From a virus: 64,000 nt of DNA. The stretch spans positions 46,163-110,162 of the IMG/VR virus record IMGVR_UViG_3300024262_000019, one strand, 5' to 3'. This document shows, piece after piece, positions 48,682-57,635 of this stretch. The notes beneath the pieces were generated by a model. It ran no database searches. It saw only the letters and a program-made list of their open reading frames with translations, and had not been told where the DNA came from. Within the stretch, counting starts at the first letter, position 1; every line of letters begins with the position of its first letter. The position numbers and the translations under genes were made by a program.

Positions 48682-49372
48682 TGCCAGTGCCCTGAACTCT
48701 CTTGATCAAATCATCCCTAGCCAGATCTCGGAGATTCACACCCTCAATCTCCATAGGGGCCATACAGCTCTTTATCATTTCGAACAAGTCTGCGTGTATA
48801 TCTTGCTTCAAAGTCTTAGCAACTCTCGTTGTCATCACCGTCGTCAGCATCTCTGAACTGCGCTTGGTTAGCAGTCTCTCAAGATGCAATGGACCAAAAA
48901 CTTTATCAACCAAGAATGGCGCATTGAAATTATCTAGTACCAAAAATTGCGCCCGATTGATCTTCTGCTTAACGGTCACCCCATCCGACCCGTCGCCAAA
49001 CAGTCGGCTATCACGCCTGTCCTCAAATTGAATATCCCTAAGCTCATCATGGGTTATAAAATAACTTGAGTAGCCACGAGAGATCGCCTGCTTCAGCAAG
49101 CACACTGCGGCAGATGTCTTGCCAACCCCGATCCCGCCAGTAAAGACCAGCCCTGTAGCAGTTCGAATCATCTCATCGAAATTTTCTCGATAACGCATGA
49201 TCGCATCACGGATGATCTCATCCTGAATTCGATCGGACCTCGACCTCCAGAATGCCTTACCGACGTTGACTCGGACAAGATCCTTCTTAGTGACTGGGCG
49301 CGAAGTTCGACCATAGGAGATCTTTGGCCTATCTGTAATTTCTAATTCATCCATGTGATCGCCGGTGCGCAA
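48674..49372 (-). CDS. DnaC/IstB-like AAA+ helicase loader
   Basis: GLVFTGGIGVGKT, FLVLDN, R..EML.TVMTT, GVNLR; lies between initiator and DnaB. Confidence 0.82.
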   Translation of the reverse strand: MRTGDHMDELEITDRPKISYGRTSRPVTKKDLVRVNVGKAFWRSRSDRIQDEIIRDAIMRYRENFDEMIRTATGLVFTGGIGVGKTSAAVCLLKQAISRGYSSYFITHDELRDIQFEDRRDSRLFGDGSDGVTVKQKINRAQFLVLDNFNAPFLVDKVFGPLHLERLLTKRSSEMLTTVMTTRVAKTLKQDIHADLFEMIKSCMAPMEIEGVNLRDLARDDLIKRVQGTGNE

Positions 49373-49384
49373 GCGCTTGCGTTG

Positions 49385-50686
49385 CTACCATTCAAACTTG
49401 CCAGTCAATTTACCGCTTTCCTGTTCCTGCCGAGTCGTCTTCACTTCTTGAACCATCGCAAAGATCGATTCCCTGAAGTACAGAAAGATGCCGATAGTGG
49501 GGACAGAGTCTTTGATTTTCAACCTCCGCTGAACCTCCTCCCAGTCCTCACATAGGAATTTCCATGCCTTACGTATGAAAACAATGTTGTCATCGTAGAT
49601 CTTAAGCAGGTGATTCAGCTTCCCATACTCTGGCCCACCAAACTTCCCCATGATCGCATCAGGAAACCAGTCCCTGAAGGTATCGGTCATGAATTCCTCA
49701 AGCTGAGCCTTGATGGTCATAGTCTGGGCCTTTGTCGCCCTCTTCCACTCACGCACCTTCTCAGCCTCACCAGATGCCTCCTTAGCCTCTTTGCGCTCTC
49801 CCGTCTTAGCTATGGCCTCCTTCGCCTTGCGGTGCGCAGAGAGCCCCACAGTCGGGATTATGTCAACGGCGGCTGCCCGCCTCGTGTCGCCGTCGGCATC
49901 AGAAAGTGAACCTCGCTCAGGTTCGGCGGTTCCTCCTTTATTTTTTCCGGAGTCAGAGGCGAAGCCTTTGGTTTCCTCTGATTCTCCGGAATCTGATTCA
50001 CCTAGTACTTCTCCGGTATCAATATCTATTGCATCTCCCTTTATGAATCCTACTCTTCTAGTCGTCTGCGAATCAGCTTCAGGCTGATGCGCCTCTAGAC
50101 TCGCGAAGCGAGTCGAATCTACTTCACATTTATCTAGTTTCTCTTTATCTATTTCCAGTACATCCTCTTGTACCTGTGGGGTACACGCAGGTGTACTTGT
50201 GGGGTACACGCAGGTGTACTTGTGCGAGGTATCTGAGTCCATTGGTACATCCTCTTGTGCCAATGGAGATTCCGGTGGTTTACACTGCAGCCTAGACAGC
50301 ATCTCAGGGGTGCGTTTTGAGCCCACTAAGGTCTTTCGATCACCCAGAAGAATGTCCTTGTCGTAGCGTTCTTCCATACTCGCAATCGTCTTAAGTGAGG
50401 ACGCTGCAAATCCCCTCGAAGAGCATGTGACATATCCAAGGTTCTTGAGGTTCTTCATCCAATTCTTGATGGAGTTCTCATGGACACTTAAATCTTCTGC
50501 CAGTGTCTGGTAGCTTACGAAATTCGTCTCTCTGCCTGATGCTCGATACCTAAGCAGGAGAAGTAGGCGAATTTCATTGCCAGATATTCTGGTATCGAAA
50601 ATCTCTGGCAGGAGGACATAGGTTCTCTCGACGCCGAGCTGCCAGTCTTTGTTGCTTACTTCGGAAATTGGATTCTTATTAGACAT
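49385..50686 (-). CDS. Replication initiator protein (N-terminal winged HTH, lambda O/DnaD-like layout)
   Basis: SYQTLAEDLSVHENSIKNWMKNLKNLGYV; internal DNA repeats; followed by the DnaC-like and DnaB genes. Confidence 0.75.
   Translation of the reverse strand: MSNKNPISEVSNKDWQLGVERTYVLLPEIFDTRISGNEIRLLLLLRYRASGRETNFVSYQTLAEDLSVHENSIKNWMKNLKNLGYVTCSSRGFAASSLKTIASMEERYDKDILLGDRKTLVGSKRTPEMLSRLQCKPPESPLAQEDVPMDSDTSHKYTCVYPTSTPACTPQVQEDVLEIDKEKLDKCEVDSTRFASLEAHQPEADSQTTRRVGFIKGDAIDIDTGEVLGESDSGESEETKGFASDSGKNKGGTAEPERGSLSDADGDTRRAAAVDIIPTVGLSAHRKAKEAIAKTGERKEAKEASGEAEKVREWKRATKAQTMTIKAQLEEFMTDTFRDWFPDAIMGKFGGPEYGKLNHLLKIYDDNIVFIRKAWKFLCEDWEEVQRRLKIKDSVPTIGIFLYFRESIFAMVQEVKTTRQEQESGKLTGKFEW
50158..50258. 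repeat. Iteron-like direct repeats, probable replication origin
   Basis: 23-bp unit GTACYTGTGGGGTACACGCAGGT at 50170 and 50193 plus a partial copy at 50216; GTACATCCTCTTGT at 50158 and 50245; AT-rich tract 50121-50157. Confidence 0.75.
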
Positions 50687-51377
50687 TGGAGCTTATCTCC
50701 CTAATGTACGAGAGGATCTCCTGGTCTCTGGCGAACCATTCTCCGTGCCTGCGATGCTTATCGAAGCGCTCGTGAAGGGCCCTCTCCTTATTGTGACCAC
50801 CGGGGATGGTGGCCAGTAACTCCAACTCAACCGGTGATGAATTACTTAGTTCACCGACCCTTCTCGTCGGATCTTTACTGTACCCAATCTTTATGAACTC
50901 GCCACCGGCCAGGAAATACACCAAGCAGTTCCTGGGATTATAGTCCTCGTGGACCTTTGGGTCTGGTTTCTTGAGTTCAGGATTATCAAACCTAGCAAGT
51001 TGAGCCTCTTCCCGCAGCCTGTTCTCCCTGAGACGCTCATTATACCAGGGGAGAATATGATCAAGCATCTTCTGTATGCTCTTGGCCGATGATCTCCATG
51101 GAACAATCTTGGTTAGGTACTTAGAGTCGTAACGAATATCCCTATCAACTGATTTGCATATAAGGAGAAGGCGAAGCTCACGATCGGTAAGCTCAGGAGT
51201 GCCAACCATGGCCGTGCAAGACTCCACAGTTGGAGTGTCGGAACCTCCATGCATCCACACGCCGATCCCTTCGTGGTAGAGAGCCCAGTACCTATCTTCA
51301 GGACTAAGCGAATTATACCACTCGTATGGGTGCATATCTTCTGGACACTTGCCGACATTCCTAATTTCCATTTTCAT
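50679..51377 (-). CDS. GIY-YIG (T5orf172/MUG113-like) domain protein
   Basis: VYFL...IKIGYSKDP..R..EL....P..LELL...E..LH..F...R..GEWF. Confidence 0.85.
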   Translation of the reverse strand: MKMEIRNVGKCPEDMHPYEWYNSLSPEDRYWALYHEGIGVWMHGGSDTPTVESCTAMVGTPELTDRELRLLLICKSVDRDIRYDSKYLTKIVPWRSSAKSIQKMLDHILPWYNERLRENRLREEAQLARFDNPELKKPDPKVHEDYNPRNCLVYFLAGGEFIKIGYSKDPTRRVGELSNSSPVELELLATIPGGHNKERALHERFDKHRRHGEWFARDQEILSYIREISSNV

Positions 51378-51450
51378 CCCCTCATCAACAGCGCACTCCT
51401 TGTGCGACCGGCGAAGCTATAGATCGATGTTTCTAATGTCAACGTCACAG

Positions 51451-51475
51451 AAAAAGGCAGACCGTAGTCTGCCTT
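51451..51475 (-). terminator. Intrinsic terminator
   Basis: AGGCAGAC-TACG-GTCTGCCT followed by TTTT. Confidence 0.75.
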
Positions 51476-51499
51476 GATGCCTCGTATGATCACGCAGAT

Positions 51500-52120
51500 C
51501 TAGATGATGAATTTAGATCCAAGATCTCGGATCAGTGATCTAACTAGAAGGGGATGCGGATTTACGCATGGCCTTCCCTCGCGCAAATATTCAAGCGCAT
51601 CGGCCCAGCCCATACCTTCGTGGATCATCAGGTACGCCATAACAGCAGTACTACTCCTGCTTACGCCAGCAGCACAGTGAACCAGGACTCTTTTGCCGCC
51701 TCGCCTCGCCTCGGCGATTACATCTGCAGCCTTTTCAAACACGCCGCAGAACGTAAGCCTCCCGTCATCTATTCCGATTTTTACGAGCTGCACACACGAC
51801 GACAGCTGTGGATGAATTTTGTAGTCGCACTCGATGGCCATGTTAACGACAACATCGATGTCGTACTTCTCCAGATTGTCATCTTGAACAGCCGCGTAGC
51901 TACCGATCATGATTCCCGGATGAACTTCATCGGCGCGTTCAACAATTTCAATCAACGGAGTGTCCATGTTCTCTTTCAGCTTTTCGTCCCACGATTTCTC
52001 ATGATTACGAATAACTGCTTTCATCGTATCCGACAGAGATCTGAAAGTTTGTTGCTTCCACTCGTCGAACTGGCTTGTGTAATCTCTATAAACAGACGGA
52101 AAAGCTAATACTGCACCCAT
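51500..52120 (-). CDS. Dual-specificity protein phosphatase
   Basis: VLVHCAAGVSRSSTAVMAYLM (HCxxGxxR), IDD acid loop, R....P. Confidence 0.92.
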   Translation of the reverse strand: MGAVLAFPSVYRDYTSQFDEWKQQTFRSLSDTMKAVIRNHEKSWDEKLKENMDTPLIEIVERADEVHPGIMIGSYAAVQDDNLEKYDIDVVVNMAIECDYKIHPQLSSCVQLVKIGIDDGRLTFCGVFEKAADVIAEARRGGKRVLVHCAAGVSRSSTAVMAYLMIHEGMGWADALEYLREGRPCVNPHPLLVRSLIRDLGSKFII

Positions 52121-52121
52121 G

Positions 52122-52325
52122 CTACTTACCAGCCTTAGCCAGGCTGTTTTGAAGAGAATTAGCGTGCGCCTTAAGTAAGGTCTGATCCACCAAACGACTG
52201 AGCTGCTCAGCGTTTATAGATTTTAGCTCGGCGATCGTCTTGGCCTGCTCGGCGTTTTTTTCCTGAGCAATAGCAAGAGCTGCTGTTAATGATTCGACCG
52301 AAGCCGACGTAGTATCAGGTGTCAT
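52122..52325 (-). CDS. Small coiled-coil protein
   Basis: 67-aa coupled ORF. Confidence 0.45.
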   Translation of the reverse strand: MTPDTTSASVESLTAALAIAQEKNAEQAKTIAELKSINAEQLSRLVDQTLLKAHANSLQNSLAKAGK

Positions 52326-52335
52326 CTTTTCCCCA

Positions 52336-52566
52336 TCAATTTAAAACAACCCACACCGGTTGCTCGCAGGTCGTGCAGGTTACAATGTTGTAACGAACTC
52401 CACCCCTGTATTCAGATTCAACTACTCTAATCTCTTCAACGATACCATCGTTACACCCAGGGCAGCCCGTTTCCTTGCCGGGGATAAAGGTATCGATAAC
52501 CTTCAGCTTCTTCTTAGTATACGGATGCTTGACATACTCAGCCTTGGGAATTTCCTTAGACATCAC
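52336..52566 (-). CDS. Zinc-ribbon protein
   Basis: CPGC...CTTC; TTGACAAT promoter upstream. Confidence 0.55.
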   Translation of the reverse strand: MMSKEIPKAEYVKHPYTKKKLKVIDTFIPGKETGCPGCNDGIVEEIRVVESEYRGGVRYNIVTCTTCEQPVWVVLN

Positions 52567-52609
52567 ATATCACCATGAGATAGGTTTACGTCGCAATTGT
52601 CAATCATGG

Positions 52610-52996
52610 CTACTGTGCCTCAATCAGCGCTTCTATAACCCTGATCGTCTCCTTAACCCACTCACGATGATCAACTCGGTCGGTCTTCGAAGAATCAACA
52701 ATCATAGATAGCGTTTTTTTCAAATCATTGCTTGATGGTTTCTGACTGATCCTGCGAATCTCCGCCAACGCAGAATAATACTCCGCCTTACAGAGCCACA
52801 GCCTCTCGCCATTATCTGCAATACGCAGCATCTCATCAACGGACCGTCGGCTGTTTGGCGACAGCTTACTAAGATGACCAGTCAACATTGCAATCCTGTC
52901 ACCGGTGACGTCCCACATCCCGGACTGGTTCTGCATCATGACAAGGATCTGATCCCCAGTATTATGTCCTTGATTCGTTGGCATCACGCTCATCAC
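52610..52996 (-). CDS. Hypothetical protein
   Basis: 128-aa ORF. Confidence 0.45.
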   Translation of the reverse strand: MMSVMPTNQGHNTGDQILVMMQNQSGMWDVTGDRIAMLTGHLSKLSPNSRRSVDEMLRIADNGERLWLCKAEYYSALAEIRRISQKPSSNDLKKTLSMIVDSSKTDRVDHREWVKETIRVIEALIEAQ

Positions 52997-53567
52997 GTCT
53001 GAATACAGACTTCAAATAGCTCCTGACCCTTCGAATCCTGTACACGCGAACCTTTTCAAGTCCATTATGATTCAGGTCATCGTTGACCGCAGGGCTAGTA
53101 TCAAGAATACCACGCCACCGCCCCTTGCACCCTCCCATTGGACATAGCTCTTCCGGCGGATCCTCGTCTCTAGTGTTTTTTACGTACCAGGCTTTTTCAC
53201 CGGTCTCAGTCAAGACAGGCTCACCGTCGAGGAAGACATGGGCACCATACGGTCCCCGATCTACGACCTCACACCAGCTCCTGTCTCCACTCCTTGCGTT
53301 TTCGATGACGAGGATCGTTCCACATGGATATTTTCGATGGGCGCACTGATGCTCATCGAGGCTAACCCTGTCGTCTGGCTGGCAGGCCAGGGTTCCGCCG
53401 ATCCACTTATCGCCAACATCTCCGAATCTCGAAGCCACTCCAAATGAATCAGGGCTGGACGGCAAATCGACAGACGTTCCAGTCGAAACAATCGTAGCCA
53501 ACATCGTTTTCGCAGCAAGAGATTGTGGCCCACTAACGAGCCACTCAATTATCGTCCCAAACATCAA
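52962..53567 (-). CDS. RlpA-like double-psi beta-barrel protein (possible lytic transglycosylase)
   Basis: GVASRFG, CAHRKYPCGT.L.IEN..SG, VVDRGPY, ILDTS. Confidence 0.8.
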   Translation of the reverse strand: MMFGTIIEWLVSGPQSLAAKTMLATIVSTGTSVDLPSSPDSFGVASRFGDVGDKWIGGTLACQPDDRVSLDEHQCAHRKYPCGTILVIENARSGDRSWCEVVDRGPYGAHVFLDGEPVLTETGEKAWYVKNTRDEDPPEELCPMGGCKGRWRGILDTSPAVNDDLNHNGLEKVRVYRIRRVRSYLKSVFRRDERDANESRT

Positions 53568-53597
53568 AGCCCCCTCACCGCGCAGCGGTTTTGTTTA

Positions 53598-54407
53598 TTA
53601 CTCTGGGCGGCGCAAGGTCTTGTTCTCTCCTAGCGCCCATCCAAGAGCAGCCAGAACCCCACTATCAAAATCATCGAGTCCATCTGCGTTATTGTCAATT
53701 AACAGCTTCTGAACCTCATACCGAATTTCGGCAGTCGATGGTCTAATTATTCTCCCGGAGGATTCGCGAACTTCCTTCCTAACACCAGTTTCAACATCCT
53801 TGGCGCTAGAACCATCATCCGTAGACCCAGAGTCCTTAATCTGCTTGACCCTATCTCGCTGATCTTTGTCTGGCAGAGTCGCTATATCGCGGGCAAACCC
53901 ATAGGAAACATCGCCATCTTTTACAGCATCTTGCAGCTGAGGAGTTGCACGCCTCTTGAATTGCATAGCATTGGAAACCCACGTCTGTGATTTTCCAATC
54001 TTATCTGCGATATCCTTCTGCTTGTATCCAAGGTTGAGGAGGATATCCACGCCTTTACAGACCTCAAGCGGAGTAAGCTCTGAGCGCTGGATATTCTCGG
54101 TAATGTTGAGAACCTGAGCCTCAGCCGCCGAGCCCTTGAACTTCTTTACCTCAACCGTTTTGAATGCATTTGCATCCTGGGCTCTGATTCGACTTATGGC
54201 TTCATGGCGGCGAAAGCCAACGATCAGGTAATAGCGCTTCTCCTTGTGCCCAGGCATTATCGCTGATTCCAGGACCGTCAAAGGAACCTGCAATCCAACC
54301 GACTTGATAGACGCCATGAGGTCGTCAATATCTTTTAGTTCGTCGCGAGGGTTTGTTATCTCAGTAGAGAACTCAATGCTATCGAAGGGTATCTGCGAAG
54401 TTGCCAT
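53598..54407 (-). CDS. parB: ParB/Spo0J-family protein with HTH
   Basis: NPR, SIKSVGLQVPL, IVGFRRHEA (GxRR box), ENIQRSELTPLE, KQKDIADKIGKSQTWVSN. Confidence 0.88.
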   Translation of the reverse strand: MATSQIPFDSIEFSTEITNPRDELKDIDDLMASIKSVGLQVPLTVLESAIMPGHKEKRYYLIVGFRRHEAISRIRAQDANAFKTVEVKKFKGSAAEAQVLNITENIQRSELTPLEVCKGVDILLNLGYKQKDIADKIGKSQTWVSNAMQFKRRATPQLQDAVKDGDVSYGFARDIATLPDKDQRDRVKQIKDSGSTDDGSSAKDVETGVRKEVRESSGRIIRPSTAEIRYEVQKLLIDNNADGLDDFDSGVLAALGWALGENKTLRRPE

Positions 54408-54626
54408 CTAATCCTTTATCCCTCTTCGATCTCGCATCACCTGCTTGGCAATCTCGCAATAATCGAAAACCTGACACTCGGTACACGCCGACACACCCTT
54501 GATCTCCCTGCATTTTACAACCTGCAGTTGACGGATACGCCTTTCGAATCCAGGCGTCTCCTCCTTGAAGCCCTCCATTTCGGCAAGCCTCTTCAGTTGG
54601 GTCATTACGGTGTTGTCTTCGCTCAT
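54408..54626 (-). CDS. Small Cys-rich protein
   Basis: C-x8-CTEC-x5-C. Confidence 0.5.
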   Translation of the reverse strand: MSEDNTVMTQLKRLAEMEGFKEETPGFERRIRQLQVVKCREIKGVSACTECQVFDYCEIAKQVMRDRRGIKD

Positions 54627-54726
54627 TAACTATTCGTATCCATTGTATATGGAAAGTATCAGAGCTTTAATCGACATGATCAAACAGTCAAGATGTAATA
54701 CCAACGGATCGTTACTGGGAAGATCT

Positions 54727-56055
54727 CTAGTCTCTACCCTTGAGTATGGATGATATGCCATCAGCGTATATTTGATGAATCATTTCAACATGATCATGTG
54801 TGCCATCAGCGCCAACCTCATGGGCAACCTCCTCCACGACAGTCTTGAGAGCTTCCTCGAAAGATCTGAGGCATCTACGGCTAATGTAGATCTTCCCCTT
54901 CTTCCTTAGCCCGAGAGTATCGGGGTTCATAAAGTCTACTATCTTAATATCATTATGAATAGTTGAGGATTTTCGGGCCAGACTATGAGCAACGAACTGA
55001 ACGCTGGCTAGCAAATTCTTGGACTCTTCAGGGGTAATATCGATGACCGTGTACTCTCTCTTGACCGACTCCTCCATGGAGCGCCTGACCGACTCGATGG
55101 TGCCAACCTCACGCTCTACGACCTCCCTGAGAGCCTCCGAGGTGACCACCTCAGCCCGGCGACCATAGAACTCCAACTCACGTACCTCCGACTCGGTACG
55201 CACGGCTATGGACTTCTCACCGAACTTCTCCTGAAACCTGGAGGCCACCAGCTTCCTGGCATTCTGTCCAACACACCAGTCATATCGAAAGTGCTCAACG
55301 TCGTTAGCACCAGAAGCAAGCATCTCATCGACCTGCCAGCAGTAATCTCCTTCAGAACGAAGGTAGAGAGACTCCCAAATCTTAGCTGCCAATCCCTTAG
55401 CATCCCAGCTCTCAACCAAGCGCCGGTCTCGATCTAACTTCACATCGGATGGACGGAAATCATAGCCATGAGTTAGCTCTTTGTTCTGGCAAACCCAGAT
55501 ACCACCAACGAATATCTGGCCATTCCCATCAATAAGCACAGTCCCAGCCATGGACTCAACGGTCTCAAATTCATGATCATCCAGAAATAGAAACTTAGGA
55601 GATATGGGGGCCCACTCCTCCGGGGTGATGCCGTTGATTTCAACGACAATCTCATCCTTCTGCTTGCGTTCACCGGAAATATTGAAGGTGAGAAGCCTGG
55701 CATCGAATTGCTCAGAATACTCAAGCTCCGGCTCCCAGATCTCTGTACCAGTTCTGATCTTGATCTTCTTACCCATACGACAGAGCACGAGTGATCCGAT
55801 CTTGTATCCCTCCCCCTGCTCGCCAAGCATATCCGCCCGCCCACGCTTAGTGGATTTTCCAAGGAGGAGGGTCTTGTACTCCAGGACAGCCCCCCTGGTC
55901 TTTACGACGAGGCGAGACTCATCAGGATGGTAGAAGGCGTCGAATGAGCAACCAGACCTCACAGCGTCTCTGGCGTTCTGCATGAACTCCCTAACGCCCT
56001 CAAAGAGCCCCCAGTCCGCACAGTAGTCTTCGCTGATAGTAAGTGGAATCTTCAT
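54727..56055 (-). CDS. GHKL-family ATPase with C-terminal zincin-like motif
   Basis: WGLFEGVREFMQNARDA, LLLGKSTK, GEQGEGYKIG; C-terminal GKIYIS...VVEEVAH. Confidence 0.78.
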   Translation of the reverse strand: MKIPLTISEDYCADWGLFEGVREFMQNARDAVRSGCSFDAFYHPDESRLVVKTRGAVLEYKTLLLGKSTKRGRADMLGEQGEGYKIGSLVLCRMGKKIKIRTGTEIWEPELEYSEQFDARLLTFNISGERKQKDEIVVEINGITPEEWAPISPKFLFLDDHEFETVESMAGTVLIDGNGQIFVGGIWVCQNKELTHGYDFRPSDVKLDRDRRLVESWDAKGLAAKIWESLYLRSEGDYCWQVDEMLASGANDVEHFRYDWCVGQNARKLVASRFQEKFGEKSIAVRTESEVRELEFYGRRAEVVTSEALREVVEREVGTIESVRRSMEESVKREYTVIDITPEESKNLLASVQFVAHSLARKSSTIHNDIKIVDFMNPDTLGLRKKGKIYISRRCLRSFEEALKTVVEEVAHEVGADGTHDHVEMIHQIYADGISSILKGRD

Positions 56056-56154
56056 GAGGTCGATATATCGGCGAAGATCTCAATTGTCAAAAAAACGAAA
56101 AACGACGGACCCTTTGAGTCCGCCGTTCTAGTCAACGTAGTTATTGTGTTCTAG

Positions 56155-56469
56155 TTATGCACAGTCGCGAGTATTGCCCCTACTGTCCATCGCTGCGACA
56201 GCAGTAAGTGCTTTTCTAGCGCCTGTCTTAAACATGTCTTGCATGGCTGGAACAGCCTCATCCCAATCCCTGTTGGGGAATTGCCAGGCCATCCAAGCCT
56301 TGGCGGCAGTTTCAACTTGCTCTTCGGATGGTTCAGTTTCTATACAAACCATATCAAACGACTCCTTTTGTTTCACAAGCCATGAGTGCCCCATGGATTG
56401 CTGATTGTCTAGGAGGTTACTCATCCTCGGAGGGTTGGCCTTGGCCATTCTCTTCGCGATCAGCCTCAT
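56155..56469 (-). CDS. Hypothetical protein (start uncertain)
   Basis: ORF followed by a terminator-like hairpin at about 56091-56128. Confidence 0.45.
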   Translation of the reverse strand: MRLIAKRMAKANPPRMSNLLDNQQSMGHSWLVKQKESFDMVCIETEPSEEQVETAAKAWMAWQFPNRDWDEAVPAMQDMFKTGARKALTAVAAMDSRGNTRDCA

Positions 56470-56857
56470 CCAAGAGGCGATTGATAAGTTCGTCCTTCTC
56501 CTCAGTGCTCATCGAAGCTGGGAACAGCATCGAGTCCTTGACGACCTCTTCGCCTTCGCGGACGACCCCGCCGATGGTGACAGTGTACTTCTTCACCATC
56601 TCGTAATTGACCTCGTCGAGGGGACCATGCTCAACACAGGCACAGTGCTCAACGCCATCATCATCAGTACGGGCGAACGTGGTGTGATCAGGTCCCTCTT
56701 TTTCGACGCAGAGAACGCAGCCAACGACGTCTTTACGCCATAACTTGCCCTCCCAGAGGTGCATCGCACCCTCCTCGATACGCCACTTCGAACGCGGCTG
56801 ACCGTCGAGTTCGATGATTTTACTAGGACCACTCATTGCTAATGCTACGTTTGACAT
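56417..56857 (-). CDS. Hypothetical protein
   Basis: 146 aa, directly behind a promoter. Confidence 0.55.
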   Translation of the reverse strand: MSNVALAMSGPSKIIELDGQPRSKWRIEEGAMHLWEGKLWRKDVVGCVLCVEKEGPDHTTFARTDDDGVEHCACVEHGPLDEVNYEMVKKYTVTIGGVVREGEEVVKDSMLFPASMSTEEKDELINRLLDEADREENGQGQPSEDE

Positions 56858-56863
56858 GTTTTG

Positions 56864-56892
56864 AGATTAATAGGTGATGGTGCAATTGTCCA
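56864..56892 (-). promoter_or_regulatory. Sigma70-type promoter
   Basis: TGGACA-N17-TAATCT, 7 nt before the ATG at 56857. Confidence 0.65.
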
Positions 56893-56994
56893 GGTGGCCG
56901 AATTGGCCCCATGGAGCCTGGTTCATCTGCCGTTGAAATTATTGACTATTTCCTATTAATCAGCAGCCCTATGCAATGATCAATCGATCCAGTA

Positions 56995-57321
56995 TCAGTC
57001 CGCTGCCGGGCTTATATTCAGGCTGTCTCGGAGTACTGGACTAGGCTTGAACTTCATGACTCGCCTGCCGGCGATAGTGATTTCCTCTCCAGTCTTGGGG
57101 TTTCTACCCTTGCGAGGATCTTTGGTCTGTAGAACGAACTTCCCAAACCCAGATATCTTCACTTCCTCGCCTTTTACCAGGGAGTCCCTGATACCACGGA
57201 TAATGTTGTCAACGATTCGCTGGGCATCTTTGCCAGATAGAGAATCTACTGCAGACGAGATGCTATCGGATAGATCTGCCCTGGTGACTGTTTCTGTTTT
57301 GTCTTCTTTCATCTTGGTCAT
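56995..57321 (-). CDS. ihfA: Integration host factor alpha-like subunit
   Basis: TRADL, GEEVKISGFGKF, GRNPKTGEEITI..RRVMKFKPS.VL. Confidence 0.85.
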   Translation of the reverse strand: MTKMKEDKTETVTRADLSDSISSAVDSLSGKDAQRIVDNIIRGIRDSLVKGEEVKISGFGKFVLQTKDPRKGRNPKTGEEITIAGRRVMKFKPSPVLRDSLNISPAAD

Positions 57322-57324
57322 CCC

Positions 57325-57621
57325 CTAGTAATTATCTACGGCTTCCTTCATATCCTTGCCAACCTTGAAGAATGGCAACTTCTTAGGTGGGATAGGAATG
57401 TTCTCACCGGTGCGAGGATTGCGACCCATGTAACCGTCGTATTCCCTGACGGAGAATGATCCAAACCCTCTAAGTTCAACCCTCTTCCCCTCTCGAAGGG
57501 AATCCATGATCGTCTCAAACATTGCGTTCACGGCCAGCTCGGCGTCTGGGTGTGAAATATCATTCTTGACCGATATCCATCGGATTAGGTCGGACTTTGT
57601 CATCATCGCTTTTGCAGTCAT
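57325..57621 (-). CDS. ihfB: Integration host factor beta-like subunit
   Basis: MTKSDLI, RVELRGFGSFSVREYDGYMGRNPRTGE, KKLPFFKVGK. Confidence 0.88.
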   Translation of the reverse strand: MTAKAMMTKSDLIRWISVKNDISHPDAELAVNAMFETIMDSLREGKRVELRGFGSFSVREYDGYMGRNPRTGENIPIPPKKLPFFKVGKDMKEAVDNY

Positions 57622-57635
57622 CTATTCAATCTCCA

